Source: an uncultured delta proteobacterium
Lineage (GTDB): Bacteria > Desulfobacterota > Syntrophobacteria > BM002
Direction: 5' to 3'
Assembly (NCBI GenBank): GCA_963712115.1
Contig: CAVQGX010000016.1
Span: 1 to 32,002 of the forward strand
DNA: 32,002 bases
Shown here: positions 20,735 to 29,651 of the stretch, one piece after another
Numbering within the stretch: the stretch's first letter is position 1
Layout: each line of letters starts with the position of its first letter
The notes under the pieces: generated by a model
What the model saw: the letters and a program-made list of their open reading frames with translations, nothing else
The model's database searches: none
What the model was told of the DNA's origin: nothing
Made by a program: the position numbers and the translations under genes

Positions 20735-20985
20735 AGGCTAAAGGCGCAAGGCCATTTGGGTCATTAGGCTTCGCCGTCATTAGGTCACTACGCTACGCTG
20801 TCATTTATTGTAAGAGGTAGAGCACGGAGGTCAGAAGTCAGAGGTCGGAGATCAGAAGACAGACGACAGAAGGCAAAACATTTCAAATTTCGAAGTTTAA
20901 ACCCTATGCCCTTTGCTCTATGCTCTATGCCTCCTGACTCCTGAATTCTGTCTCCTTTCCCTTGTGCCTTAAGCCGTCAGCCTCA
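20735..20985. repeat. Heptamer mosaic: third copy of the 892/1032 unit plus the right arm of the nitrogen-cluster pair
   Basis: 20763-20822 is nearly identical to 892-951; 20827-20975 is an inverted copy of 10525-10702. Confidence 0.85.
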
Positions 20986-21002
20986 TTGTCTAGGGATTGT
21001 AG

Positions 21003-21662
21003 GTGACTGATAACCGGATAGAAAAGCTCCTGGAGGTTCTGACCGATACCTATGGTACCAACCCCTGGAACTGGCACACTCGTCAAACACCGTTCCAGGT
21101 TCTTATAGGAACTGTCCTCTCCCAGAGGACTCGCGATGAAAAAACAGACGAGGCCGCCAAAGCCCTCTTTTCCCGCTACCCCTCTGCTGAAATGCTGGCA
21201 GCAGCGGAGGTGGAGGAGATCGCTAGGTTAATAAGACCAGCCAACTATTACAATACCAAAGCTCTACGGATAAAAGAGATAAGTAAAATCATCCTGGAAA
21301 AACACTCAGGCAATACCCCTGACACTATGTTTGAACTCATGGGACTGCCGGGTGTGGGTAGGAAGACGGCGGCTTGTGTCCTCCTCTATGGCTTCAAGAA
21401 AAAGGCCTTGCCGGTAGACACCCACGTACACAGAATATCTAATAGGATTGGTCTAATAAACACCCAGAGCGCTGAAGAAAGTGAGGGAGAACTCTGGAAA
21501 GTGATTCCGGAGAAATACATTATGTTTTACAACGAGCTCATGGTCAAGCACGGACAGAAGGTATGCAAACCAATAGGGCCAAGGTGTCATGAGTGTCCCA
21601 TCAACGAGTTTTGTGATTATGCAGAGAGCATAGGGTCAGAGGACAGTTTCACTAGGCACTAG
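21003..21662 (+). CDS. nth: Endonuclease III (HhH-GPD glycosylase, 4Fe-4S)
   Basis: PFQVLIGTVLSQRT, LPGVGRKTA, VDTHVHRI, C-x6-C-x2-C-x5-C (CKPIGPRCHECPINEFC). Confidence 0.93.
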   Translation: MTDNRIEKLLEVLTDTYGTNPWNWHTRQTPFQVLIGTVLSQRTRDEKTDEAAKALFSRYPSAEMLAAAEVEEIARLIRPANYYNTKALRIKEISKIILEKHSGNTPDTMFELMGLPGVGRKTAACVLLYGFKKKALPVDTHVHRISNRIGLINTQSAEESEGELWKVIPEKYIMFYNELMVKHGQKVCKPIGPRCHECPINEFCDYAESIGSEDSFTRH

Positions 21663-21842
21663 GGACTAAGCACTAGGCACTTTGGCTCAGCGAGACGAGC
21701 GAGACGAGAGGTCGGGCGAGACTGGGAAAAGACAAGGCAGGCACAGAGGCCCGCCCTACTGGCCTACTGATTGCTAGGCTTTTTCAAGGCGCCTTGCGCC
21801 CTGCGCCTTGAGCCCTCAACGCTTTGCGTTATGCCCTTTGCT
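21650..21842. repeat. Short tandem repeat mosaic after nth
   Basis: CACTAGG runs, GCGAGACGA runs, and (CTTGCGC)n/GCCTTGAGCCC resembling the reverse complement of 845-885. Confidence 0.7.
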
Positions 21843-21967
21843 TCTGTAAAGACGGCCAAACTCTTCTGACTGCCCCTCACCCAAACCCCACTAGATGAAA
21901 GTACTAGCAATAAAGGGGGCAGTTTTATTAGTGTCAATGAAAGAAACTTTGCAAAATAAAAATATTG

Positions 21968-21996
21968 TTGCAATTCTTCTTGCATCTCTCTACAAT
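21968..21996 (+). promoter_or_regulatory. sigma70-type promoter
   Basis: TTGCAA, 17 nt spacer, TACAAT; ~200 nt upstream of the 122-aa gene. Confidence 0.55.
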
Positions 21997-22202
21997 GATA
22001 TTTAGTCTTTCTCAGGCTTGGTATCATGCGAACCATTGACTGAAAGAGTTTCTGCCTGATTATCAGGAGAAATAACCTTGGCCACAAAAACCTATATACC
22101 CCCAAATGAAGTTTTTCCTCACATGCTCCAAAGAGGGGGCCGGGAAAGAATATGTCCATTGCTCTTGCGGGCTGAAAAAGCCGAAACCAAAAGGAGGTTG
22201 TC

Positions 22203-22571
22203 ATGTCAATGAATTGGGGTCCGCACTTTATTGTGCCGTCAGAAACCTTAAGAGCCTTTTCAGGAAAAGTGCTCCTGAGAGAAAGTTTTGACGAGGAATT
22301 ATTGAAAACGGAACTGCGGGATTTGGGACTTTCTGGCTATCCGCTCAAGGCCACAAACCCTTGGTACTGCAGGAAAAAAGGGACTGAAACGTGGATCAAG
22401 ATCGGTGAATCCTCTGATCAAGAACAAAGCTTCGCAGTTCCCTGGGATACAACAAATCTGGAAAATGGTGAATATCAAATCTTGGGGTTAATGCATGTCT
22501 CAGTTAAGACAGAAGGAGAGGAGTTCATTGTTGCTAGACAGAATATTGTGGACGTTGTGGTTGAAAACTAG
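22203..22571 (+). CDS. Hypothetical protein (122 aa), C-terminal half Ig-like
   Basis: Strong RBS AAGGAGG. WDTTNLENGEYQI resembles the WDT..L.NG.Y motif of bacterial Ig-like domains. No signal peptide. Confidence 0.8.
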   Translation: MSMNWGPHFIVPSETLRAFSGKVLLRESFDEELLKTELRDLGLSGYPLKATNPWYCRKKGTETWIKIGESSDQEQSFAVPWDTTNLENGEYQILGLMHVSVKTEGEEFIVARQNIVDVVVEN

Positions 22572-22807
22572 GTTGACGGAAATTGACAGGAGTCGTCCTC
22601 CCGGACCCCTCAGCCTGCTTATCCGCTGATTCCTTGAAAAATCGCATTCTATGTTGCAGAGGTCTTTCACCTTTCGCTGAATATTTCTTTTAGAAGAAAG
22701 TTGGTCTGTAATGTACTTTCGAAGCAGTAGGCGACTTAAAGACCGACCTAGGTCGAAGAAGTTTTCTACCTTCTGGCTAAACTTCTTGTGATGGAGGGGA
22801 TTAAACT

Positions 22808-24236
22808 TTGGCGCAAATAATTCGTAACCGGACCTCTCCGCCTCACTTTCAGCGGGACCCCATCCTCCATAACAGCATCAAACTCGAACCAGATAAGGCT
22901 TACTTTATCTACATTGGCGATATCAAAAACCACGGGCTAAACGCTTTCCTAATCCCATATCTCGAGAGAATCTACGGTCGTCCGGTGGACTGCATCGCCC
23001 TGGTGCCCGATGTCCTGGCTAATCTATGGTTGCCCCAATTTGGCAGTTTTGAACAAGGACTCTTACCGGTATCATGCTGTCAAGGGTTTATTGGTCAATT
23101 GTCGTCCCACTGCCGGCCATTTCGCCCAGCAGGTATCAGCCAGCCTGTTCGCCCAAGAGCTTGTTGAGAACATCCTCCGTAAGCAAGATTTTGTCTACAT
23201 TCACATGTTTGAAAGCAGGCCGGAGATGACTCTGGCTGACGGTGAGAGAATCAAACTCCTTGGTCCCGATCCCACCCTGGCTTATGAATTCAATAACAAA
23301 ATCAACCAGTTCAAAATGGCTTGTGATCTGAAAATACCTGTGCCGGAAGGCTTTTCCTGTTCCTGTCTCGAAGAGGCCTTGGAAGCGGCGGAAAGATTTT
23401 TCCGCTCAGGTGAAGAGGCCTTCATTAGTGAACCCTACAGTGCAGCGGGGAGCAACAGTGCCTTCGTCTGCAACATTGAACAAATCCTCCAGAGGTTTTT
23501 CTTGGCTGAACAGCCTTACCTGGTTACCAGACGCATTCCACACACCCATGACCCCACGGTACTAGCTGTAGTGGCTAATTCCGAGGAAGTGTATGTGGCT
23601 TCCGTGGCTGACCAGAGAATGGAGCAAAATCGCTTCCGAGGATCGACTTTTCCCACCGTTCTGGGAGAAGATGTGGTCGAACGAATCAAGGATTATACAA
23701 GAATGGTGGGAAGATACATGGGTGCTAGAGGGTACAGGGGCATGTTTGGTTGCGATTTTCTGGTGGCTGAAGATGGAAAGCCTTACTTCCTTGAAGTGAA
23801 TGCTCGCAAACAAGGAACAACTTTAGAATCAACCCTGACTATGCTCTATCGTCTACCAGGCCATCCCAACCTGCTCGAGATTGAATTTTCCGCCATCACC
23901 CAAGGCAGATTACCCTGTGGCCTTAAAGAAATGGATTGCACTGAATCTGATCTCTTTTGGGGAACCTACAATGTGAAGAGCGAACAAGATATTCTTGTGG
24001 TTCAAAATCTGCCCGAACTTCAAAGCGAACCAGAGATCTTTCGACGAGTCCTTTCGGAGAAAGATTTAGAAGCGATTGCCACAGTCGAGGATCACCTCGG
24101 TATGGGAATATACCAACGGTCTGGCGGTTTTGTTGGCAGGTGCATCGCTGTGGGCAAAACCATGCCATCCATGTTCCGGCTGCTTCGCAAAAAAGAAATG
24201 GAGGTTAAATCAAGCATCCGCCCCTGGATTCATTGA
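22808..24236 (+). CDS. ATP-grasp ligase, with an apparent +1 frameshift near 23024
   Basis: TTG start after GGAGG. ORFs 22808-23167 and 23010-24236 join at ...PDVLA/YGCPNL. ATP-grasp core GYRGMFGCDFLV...YFLEVNARKQG. Confidence 0.8.
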
Positions 24237-24281
24237 GAAATGTATTGATCCGGGATACGATATGGTAAAGGAGATTCTGAG

Positions 24282-25571
24282 ATGAAAAAATTGGCTAGCA
24301 AAAAAGAAAGTCAGCAGCTCGACCCCATGGAGGTCGCCTCCGAGGATCGGGCCGTGGCCCTTGCTCGATCCGCAGAAGTCAAAAAGCTCATATCAGACTT
24401 TTTGCAGGCCCGTGAGAGAATACCTACCGGATTCAAGCTGCAAAAGGAATATGAAAAAGCCAAAAAGCGAATTCTTAAGGTTCTGAATGGTACAGAGAAA
24501 GATTGGCACAATTACAAGTGGCACCTTAATAATAAAATAGCAGAGGTGGAGACCCTCAGCAGGATAATAAGCCTCAGCCAAAGGGAAAAGCGGGAAATTG
24601 CCAAGACAGAAGAGCTCTACCGCTGGTCCATCTCACCATACTATGCAAGTCTCATGGATCCGGAAGACAGGACATGTCCTGTAAGGTTGCAGGCTGTACC
24701 CAGCATCAGGGAGCGTTTAGACGCTTCTGAGATCAAGGATCCCATGATAATAAAGTACAATTCCCCTGCGCCCCTTATCTCCAGACTTTATCCGGACAGA
24801 TTGATCATCAATGTCACCAATATGTGTTCCATGTTCTGCCGCCACTGCTTGCGGCGCAAGGATATTGGCCACAAAGACCTTATTTATTCCCGCAATCAGC
24901 TCCGCCAAGCACTAGACTACATCAGAGAAAACGAGGAAATCAGGGATGTCCTCCTTACTGGTGGGGATGCTTTGGCCTTGAGTGACGATCAGCTGGACTG
25001 GATACTCACGGAACTGGATAAGATCCCCCACGTTGAGATCAAGCGGCTCGGGTCAAGGATGCCCTGCGTCTTACCCCAAAGAATCACCCCAAGACTCTGC
25101 AAAATGCTGGAAAAGCACGACCCTGTTTACCTCAACACCCAATACAATCATCCCAAGGAGATTACAGCTGAGGCCCAAAAGGCTGTGGACCTGCTTACCA
25201 AGGCTGGAGTGGTGGTCCGCGATCAGACGGTACTTCTGAAAAACATCAACAACGATCCCCACGTGATGAAGGTGCTGATGCACGAGATGCTCAAGATCAA
25301 AGTCGCGCCTTATTATATCTTCAACTGTAAGAAAGTTGAGGGTATCAGCCATTTTCGCTCTTCCATTCAGGAAGGTTTGAACATCATGGAGCACCTCCGC
25401 GGTTACACCTCGGGCATGGCCGTACCTACCTACATCATCACCGCACCGGAGGGTAGGGGTAAAACTCCGATTGCGCCGCAATATCTCCTGAATACCAACT
25501 TCGACGGCGACGTGCTCATACGCACCTGGGGAGGTCACGTCTTGTGCTACGAAGATGAAAGAACAAACTAG
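24282..25571 (+). CDS. KamA-family radical SAM aminomutase, glutamate 2,3-aminomutase-like
   Basis: CSMFCRHC radical SAM motif, RDVLLTGGD, PLP lysine in GRGKTP. Lys rather than Asp in YYIFNCKK. N-terminal extension and absent C-terminal Zn cysteines, as I recall for clostridial glutamate 2,3-aminomutase. Confidence 0.88.
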   Translation: MKKLASKKESQQLDPMEVASEDRAVALARSAEVKKLISDFLQARERIPTGFKLQKEYEKAKKRILKVLNGTEKDWHNYKWHLNNKIAEVETLSRIISLSQREKREIAKTEELYRWSISPYYASLMDPEDRTCPVRLQAVPSIRERLDASEIKDPMIIKYNSPAPLISRLYPDRLIINVTNMCSMFCRHCLRRKDIGHKDLIYSRNQLRQALDYIRENEEIRDVLLTGGDALALSDDQLDWILTELDKIPHVEIKRLGSRMPCVLPQRITPRLCKMLEKHDPVYLNTQYNHPKEITAEAQKAVDLLTKAGVVVRDQTVLLKNINNDPHVMKVLMHEMLKIKVAPYYIFNCKKVEGISHFRSSIQEGLNIMEHLRGYTSGMAVPTYIITAPEGRGKTPIAPQYLLNTNFDGDVLIRTWGGHVLCYEDERTN

Positions 25572-26727
25572 CCTGAAAGCGCAGAAAGTAAAAAAAGCAG
25601 TTGAGTCTCTCCAGGGTGATCTCCTGACTCTTCTGGACAAGATAGTAGCCATAAACAGCTACTCTCACAATATTCAGGGCGTGGCACAGGTAGCTCGAGA
25701 GCTGAGCAAGTCTTTGCCCTCTCCTCTCACCCTCGAGAGCACCAAGAGTTCCCACGACGAAGTAGTCTGGATCTGTCGTCATGGCCCTGCTAATGAACTC
25801 CCCATTCTCTTAGTTGGCCATCTGGATACCGTTTTCCCTCCAGGCTCTTTTGACAGCGGTGTGCTTGCCCATGGTCCCCACCTGCTCGGCCCAGGAGTTG
25901 CCGACATGAAAGGTGGAGTAGTGGTAATTTTGGGGGCCCTCTGGGTCCTGGACCACTTAGGATTTTTGCCTCGGATTTCTTTGATTCTAGCCTTAAACGG
26001 AGACGAAGAAATCGGCTCTCCAAGCTCGGCACAAAAGCTAGGGGAATTAGCCCGGACCTCCCGCCTTGGCCTGGTGTTTGAATGCGGAGGGCCGGAAGGC
26101 TCGGTGGTCACCTCCCGTCGGGGCTTGGACCGTTACCGCCTGGAAATACATGGCGAGGCTGGACACTCGGGCACTCATCAGGGTGCGAAAGAAAGTGCGG
26201 TGGTGGAGTTGGCCCAGCAGATCCTAAAACTTGAAGCTCTCAACGATCCAAAGGCTGGGATCAGCCTAAATGTGGGGCGGGTCAAGGGGGGCACCGCGGT
26301 AAACATCATTCCGGCTGAAGCTGAGGCTGAACTGGAGGTCCGTTTCTTTGAGGAACAAAAGGGTGATGAGATCGAGAAAAGAATTCGCACCATGGTAAGA
26401 TCCACACCTCAGTCAAAACTGAAAATTATACTTACTAAGAGGCACGGACGTCCCGCTATGGTTTGTACATCGGCAATTTCACACCTTTACCAAGCAGCGG
26501 CCCGGATTGCTAAAAAGATCGACCTTGAATTACCCGAAGAAGCCCGGGGAGGAGCTTCAGATGCTAATTTTCTAGCTGCAACCAATCTCCCCACCCTTGA
26601 TGGTCTTGGTCCAGTGGGCGAGATGGATCACTCCAAAAATGAAAGAATCCTCAAAAATTCCCTTTTCCAGCGAGTGGAATTGCTAGTCCATCTTCTCTGG
26701 GATCTTCGTAATTGGACACCCCCATGA
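25555..26727 (+). CDS. M20 family metallopeptidase (carboxypeptidase G2-like)
   Basis: GHLDTV, GPGVADMKGG, DEEIGS, FEC, GGASDAN, HSKNE; overlaps the aminomutase stop. Confidence 0.9.
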   Translation: MKEQTSLKAQKVKKAVESLQGDLLTLLDKIVAINSYSHNIQGVAQVARELSKSLPSPLTLESTKSSHDEVVWICRHGPANELPILLVGHLDTVFPPGSFDSGVLAHGPHLLGPGVADMKGGVVVILGALWVLDHLGFLPRISLILALNGDEEIGSPSSAQKLGELARTSRLGLVFECGGPEGSVVTSRRGLDRYRLEIHGEAGHSGTHQGAKESAVVELAQQILKLEALNDPKAGISLNVGRVKGGTAVNIIPAEAEAELEVRFFEEQKGDEIEKRIRTMVRSTPQSKLKIILTKRHGRPAMVCTSAISHLYQAAARIAKKIDLELPEEARGGASDANFLAATNLPTLDGLGPVGEMDHSKNERILKNSLFQRVELLVHLLWDLRNWTPP

Positions 26728-26784
26728 ATGAGGAACGGGGAAGGGGGAATGCGGAACGGCAGCTAAATGTGGTAATATTAAATT

Positions 26785-27267
26785 CTACATTCCCCGTTCC
26801 GCGTTCCCAACTCCCACTTCGGTCGCCTGCTGGTATTGATAACCGTCCCGTAATCTACTGTGTTCAATAGCATCTTTGAGAATCAAGAGAAATTGCCGCA
26901 ACTGTAAAGGCTTGCGCAGGTAACTGTAGGCACCTTCATATTTTGCTTCTAAAAGGGTTTCCGAGGAAGGAGTGTCGGTAACCAGGACAACCTTGGCTCG
27001 AGGTTGGATTTTTTTAACAAACTTAAGCACTTCCATTCCGCCGGCACCCGCCAGCATCAGGTCAGTGATAACCAAGTCAAAAGACTGTCTCGCGACTAAA
27101 TCCAACGCCTGAAAGCCATCGCCACAGGTGCGTACCCTGTAGCCCGAGACCTGGAGCAACTTGGCCATCATCAGACGTAAAAGCTTGTCTTTCTCCGCAA
27201 TGAGAACCTCTGGTGCACAAAGTTTATGCGGACTAAGATTGGAGGCTAAATAGTCTGTATTTGCCAT
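26785..27267 (-). CDS. Single-domain response regulator (receiver)
   Basis: DLVITDLML (phospho-Asp), LVT, YLRKP. Start moved to ATG 27267 (AGGGGTG upstream) because the ORF-track start lies within the sigma54 promoter. Confidence 0.85.
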   Translation of the reverse strand: MANTDYLASNLSPHKLCAPEVLIAEKDKLLRLMMAKLLQVSGYRVRTCGDGFQALDLVARQSFDLVITDLMLAGAGGMEVLKFVKKIQPRAKVVLVTDTPSSETLLEAKYEGAYSYLRKPLQLRQFLLILKDAIEHSRLRDGYQYQQATEVGVGNAERGM

Positions 27268-27295
27268 TATTACACCCCTGTAAAGATGGTAGTTG

Positions 27296-27311
27296 AGCAA
27301 CTGTTGTGCCA
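27296..27311 (-). promoter_or_regulatory. sigma54 (-24/-12) promoter of the receiver gene
   Basis: Minus strand TGGCAC-AACAG-TTGCT. Confidence 0.85.
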
Positions 27312-27474
27312 GAGAGGGAGAAGAAAGGATGGAAGTATTGCAGAAAGAAAAAAGTATTTAAATTACGGTACTATACGAAGTGATTTTTACAAGAGAGAAG
27401 GTCGCCAGTTCAAGCATAAATGGGTTTTTTCGTATCTTGCAATGTACAAGGGTACACTGATGACGTCTCCCAAT

Positions 27475-27502
27475 AAAAAAGCCACCTCATAGGTGGCTTT
27501 TT
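27475..27502 (-). terminator. Intrinsic terminator downstream of the tRNA 3' fragment, possibly bidirectional
   Basis: AAAAAA-GCCACCT-CAT-AGGTGGC-TTTTT. Confidence 0.85.
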
Positions 27503-27509
27503 CTATCCA

Positions 27510-27528
27510 TGGTGCCGAAGGCCGGATT
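27510..27528 (-). mobile_element. tRNA-Leu 3'-end fragment, att-like boundary of an integrated element
   Basis: Minus strand (AA)TCCGGCCTTCGGCACCA is a T-stem 3' side, acceptor strand and ACCA. The rest of the tRNA is absent. A terminator follows, and TGCACCC repeats lie on the island side. Confidence 0.75.
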
Positions 27529-28000
27529 GCCTGGGATGACCGTAAGTATTTGAAATAATTACAATCAAGCTTTTAGTGGGTGCCAATATTTTGACACGTT
27601 TTGCACCCTCTATGCACCCATTTTCCATGCTTTGCAGAGGAGCCGGGAAAGTTTCGCTTCAGCCGGACCAAAGGTTGGCAACCTTCTATTTAATTTGAAC
27701 CCAAAATATGGTAGCTGAGTCTCAAGAGGCAAAGTTTAGATTAAAGTATGTGATATGAAGTCTCCTAGTGGTTCTGTAGGACTTCATATAATAACGCTTA
27801 AACTTCAACTTCTGTTAAGTCACCAAGTGCAGATCTTAAAAGCAGATAGTATTATTTCTTGGATACTCAGGACTCAACATAGATAGCAGATAGTGAAATC
27901 TCAACCTCGAGATAAATCGAAACAAGATGTAGTCTTTGTCCTGCTTGTCGAATAGGAGAAATAGTATAAGGTAAGTTTCATCACTGGGCAGGGTCGTTCT

Positions 28001-29275
28001 CTAAAATCTCCAAATCAAATTCAAGTTGATGAAATGAATTTCATTGCTCTTGTAATCGCCTTTTAAATCACCTTGAAGTGGTCCTCCCTGTTGATCGATC
28101 TTGGCGTTTCCGGCATCCAAATATTCGTAGGCAGCGCCCAAAGTGATGTTCTCTCCCCAATCGTACTGCAACCCTGTGGCATAACGGACTTGACGATCAA
28201 GGGGCATATCCGGGGTTCTGTCATTATCATCTACCGGTGAGGTGTCGTAGGCAAAGCCAACCGACCAGAGCCACTTTTCCAGAAATCGGTACTGGGTGCC
28301 CAGGGCAACATGCCAGGTGTCCTTCAAATTGCGGTCCTGGGTTAACCTTGTAGTTGTAGTGGAGCGCACAGTGACTTGTGTCTCGCCAAATTCGCTCCAG
28401 TCCTGCCAGCCGAAATTGGCCATGATCGCCAGGTCGGGGGTGAGCTCGTGGTAGCCGCTCACCATGAGCATCTGGGGAATGGTGAGTTCCAGGTTAACCT
28501 TGCTACCTCTCACACCTGCAAGCAAACCGGATAGCGTTGGCCCGAGATTCCTTAATTTTGCCACGTCTTTGAACTCTAGCTTCACCTCAGTAAGATATGT
28601 AATGCCGAACCTCGTGTCTTCCCGTGGCTCGATGAGTAAACCAAAGATACCTCCATAGCCAAAATCATCGTCTTCAGCCTCGATACTGCCGTCCGCATAG
28701 GGAACGCCCTCAGCTACCGCGTTATTGATGGCCGCTTTCTGCTCCAGACTACCGTAAACAATAGTTGGACCGGCACCAATGGACAGCCAGTCAGTTGCCC
28801 GGTAGGCAACTGTTGGGGTGAGACCAAAGGTCAATAACTCTGCTTTGGTGACATAGTAGCGGCCGGCCCAGTCATCGTTGTAATCGAGGCCGAGACCAAA
28901 GTAAGATGCCGCGGCCACACCGAGTTTCCATTCTTGGGTTACGTCGTGAACATAGTAGAGACCAGCAGCCGGAACCCAGCCGCCGGCATTACCGCCGTCT
29001 CCGCCTCCGAAGGAGGCACTGTCCGTATCAAACTTCGCATTGACATATAGTGGTTGCACGCCTGCGAGCATTTGAGACCGCTCGAGGCGAGTCATGCCAG
29101 CTGGGTTAGTGAACGCGGTTGAGGCATCTTGGGCACGGGCCGACCAGCCGGCAGCTGCGGTACCCACGTCAGGTGTGCCAAGCTCGTAAAGAGCCAGCCC
29201 CCCTGCCCATGCAAAAGAGGGAAGCAGAACAGCAAGCACTATGATGACAAACTCGCATCGATAGATTAGTCTCAT
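28001..29275 (-). CDS. OmpP1/FadL/TodX family outer-membrane transporter
   Basis: Signal peptide ending AWA, DASTAFTNPAGMTRL hatch motif, amphipathic beta strands, RTPDMP, C-terminal W-R-F. Confidence 0.92.
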   Translation of the reverse strand: MRLIYRCEFVIIVLAVLLPSFAWAGGLALYELGTPDVGTAAAGWSARAQDASTAFTNPAGMTRLERSQMLAGVQPLYVNAKFDTDSASFGGGDGGNAGGWVPAAGLYYVHDVTQEWKLGVAAASYFGLGLDYNDDWAGRYYVTKAELLTFGLTPTVAYRATDWLSIGAGPTIVYGSLEQKAAINNAVAEGVPYADGSIEAEDDDFGYGGIFGLLIEPREDTRFGITYLTEVKLEFKDVAKLRNLGPTLSGLLAGVRGSKVNLELTIPQMLMVSGYHELTPDLAIMANFGWQDWSEFGETQVTVRSTTTTRLTQDRNLKDTWHVALGTQYRFLEKWLWSVGFAYDTSPVDDNDRTPDMPLDRQVRYATGLQYDWGENITLGAAYEYLDAGNAKIDQQGGPLQGDLKGDYKSNEIHFINLNLIWRF

Positions 29276-29651
29276 TCCTACAGTTCCTTGTTCACACCAA
29301 GTTCTGGTTGGCGGTCTGGCTTATCTAAAGGAAGGATGGACAAATTCCATTACAAGCTACATTGGTCCTGAAATGTAACCTGCACCAAGTATATTTGTCC
29401 ATAGTGGAATCGAGTCATTAGCAACAGAAAACCTTGTTTAACGCTAGCCCCAACAAAAATTTGCATGACAAAAAGCCAGAATTAAGGTTTCCCTTTGTTG
29501 GCCTGGTCGGATTTTGTAGAAGAGGGACTACTGGAAAAGCGCAAATGTCGAGTCACCGCCCGAAACAGCTCGTCCGCAACGACCGGAGAATCTCTCTCGA
29601 ACTAATTCGGTTGAGATTCCCCGGCCGGAACGTTCACTATACACCGCCGCA

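Noticed and set aside
24282-25571. Lysine 2,3-aminomutase (kamA/ablA) or EpmB call
   Set aside because: The two lysine-binding Asp residues and the C-terminal Zn cysteines are missing, and there is no ablB, efp or epmA nearby.
27505-27600. Intact tRNA gene
   Set aside because: Only the last 17-19 nt match; the upstream sequence cannot form the T loop, anticodon arm or D arm.
29336-29402. Inverted repeat ATGGACAAAT...ATTTGTCCAT upstream of the FadL gene
   Set aside because: Single occurrence with a long spacer; it could be an operator, but there is no supporting evidence.
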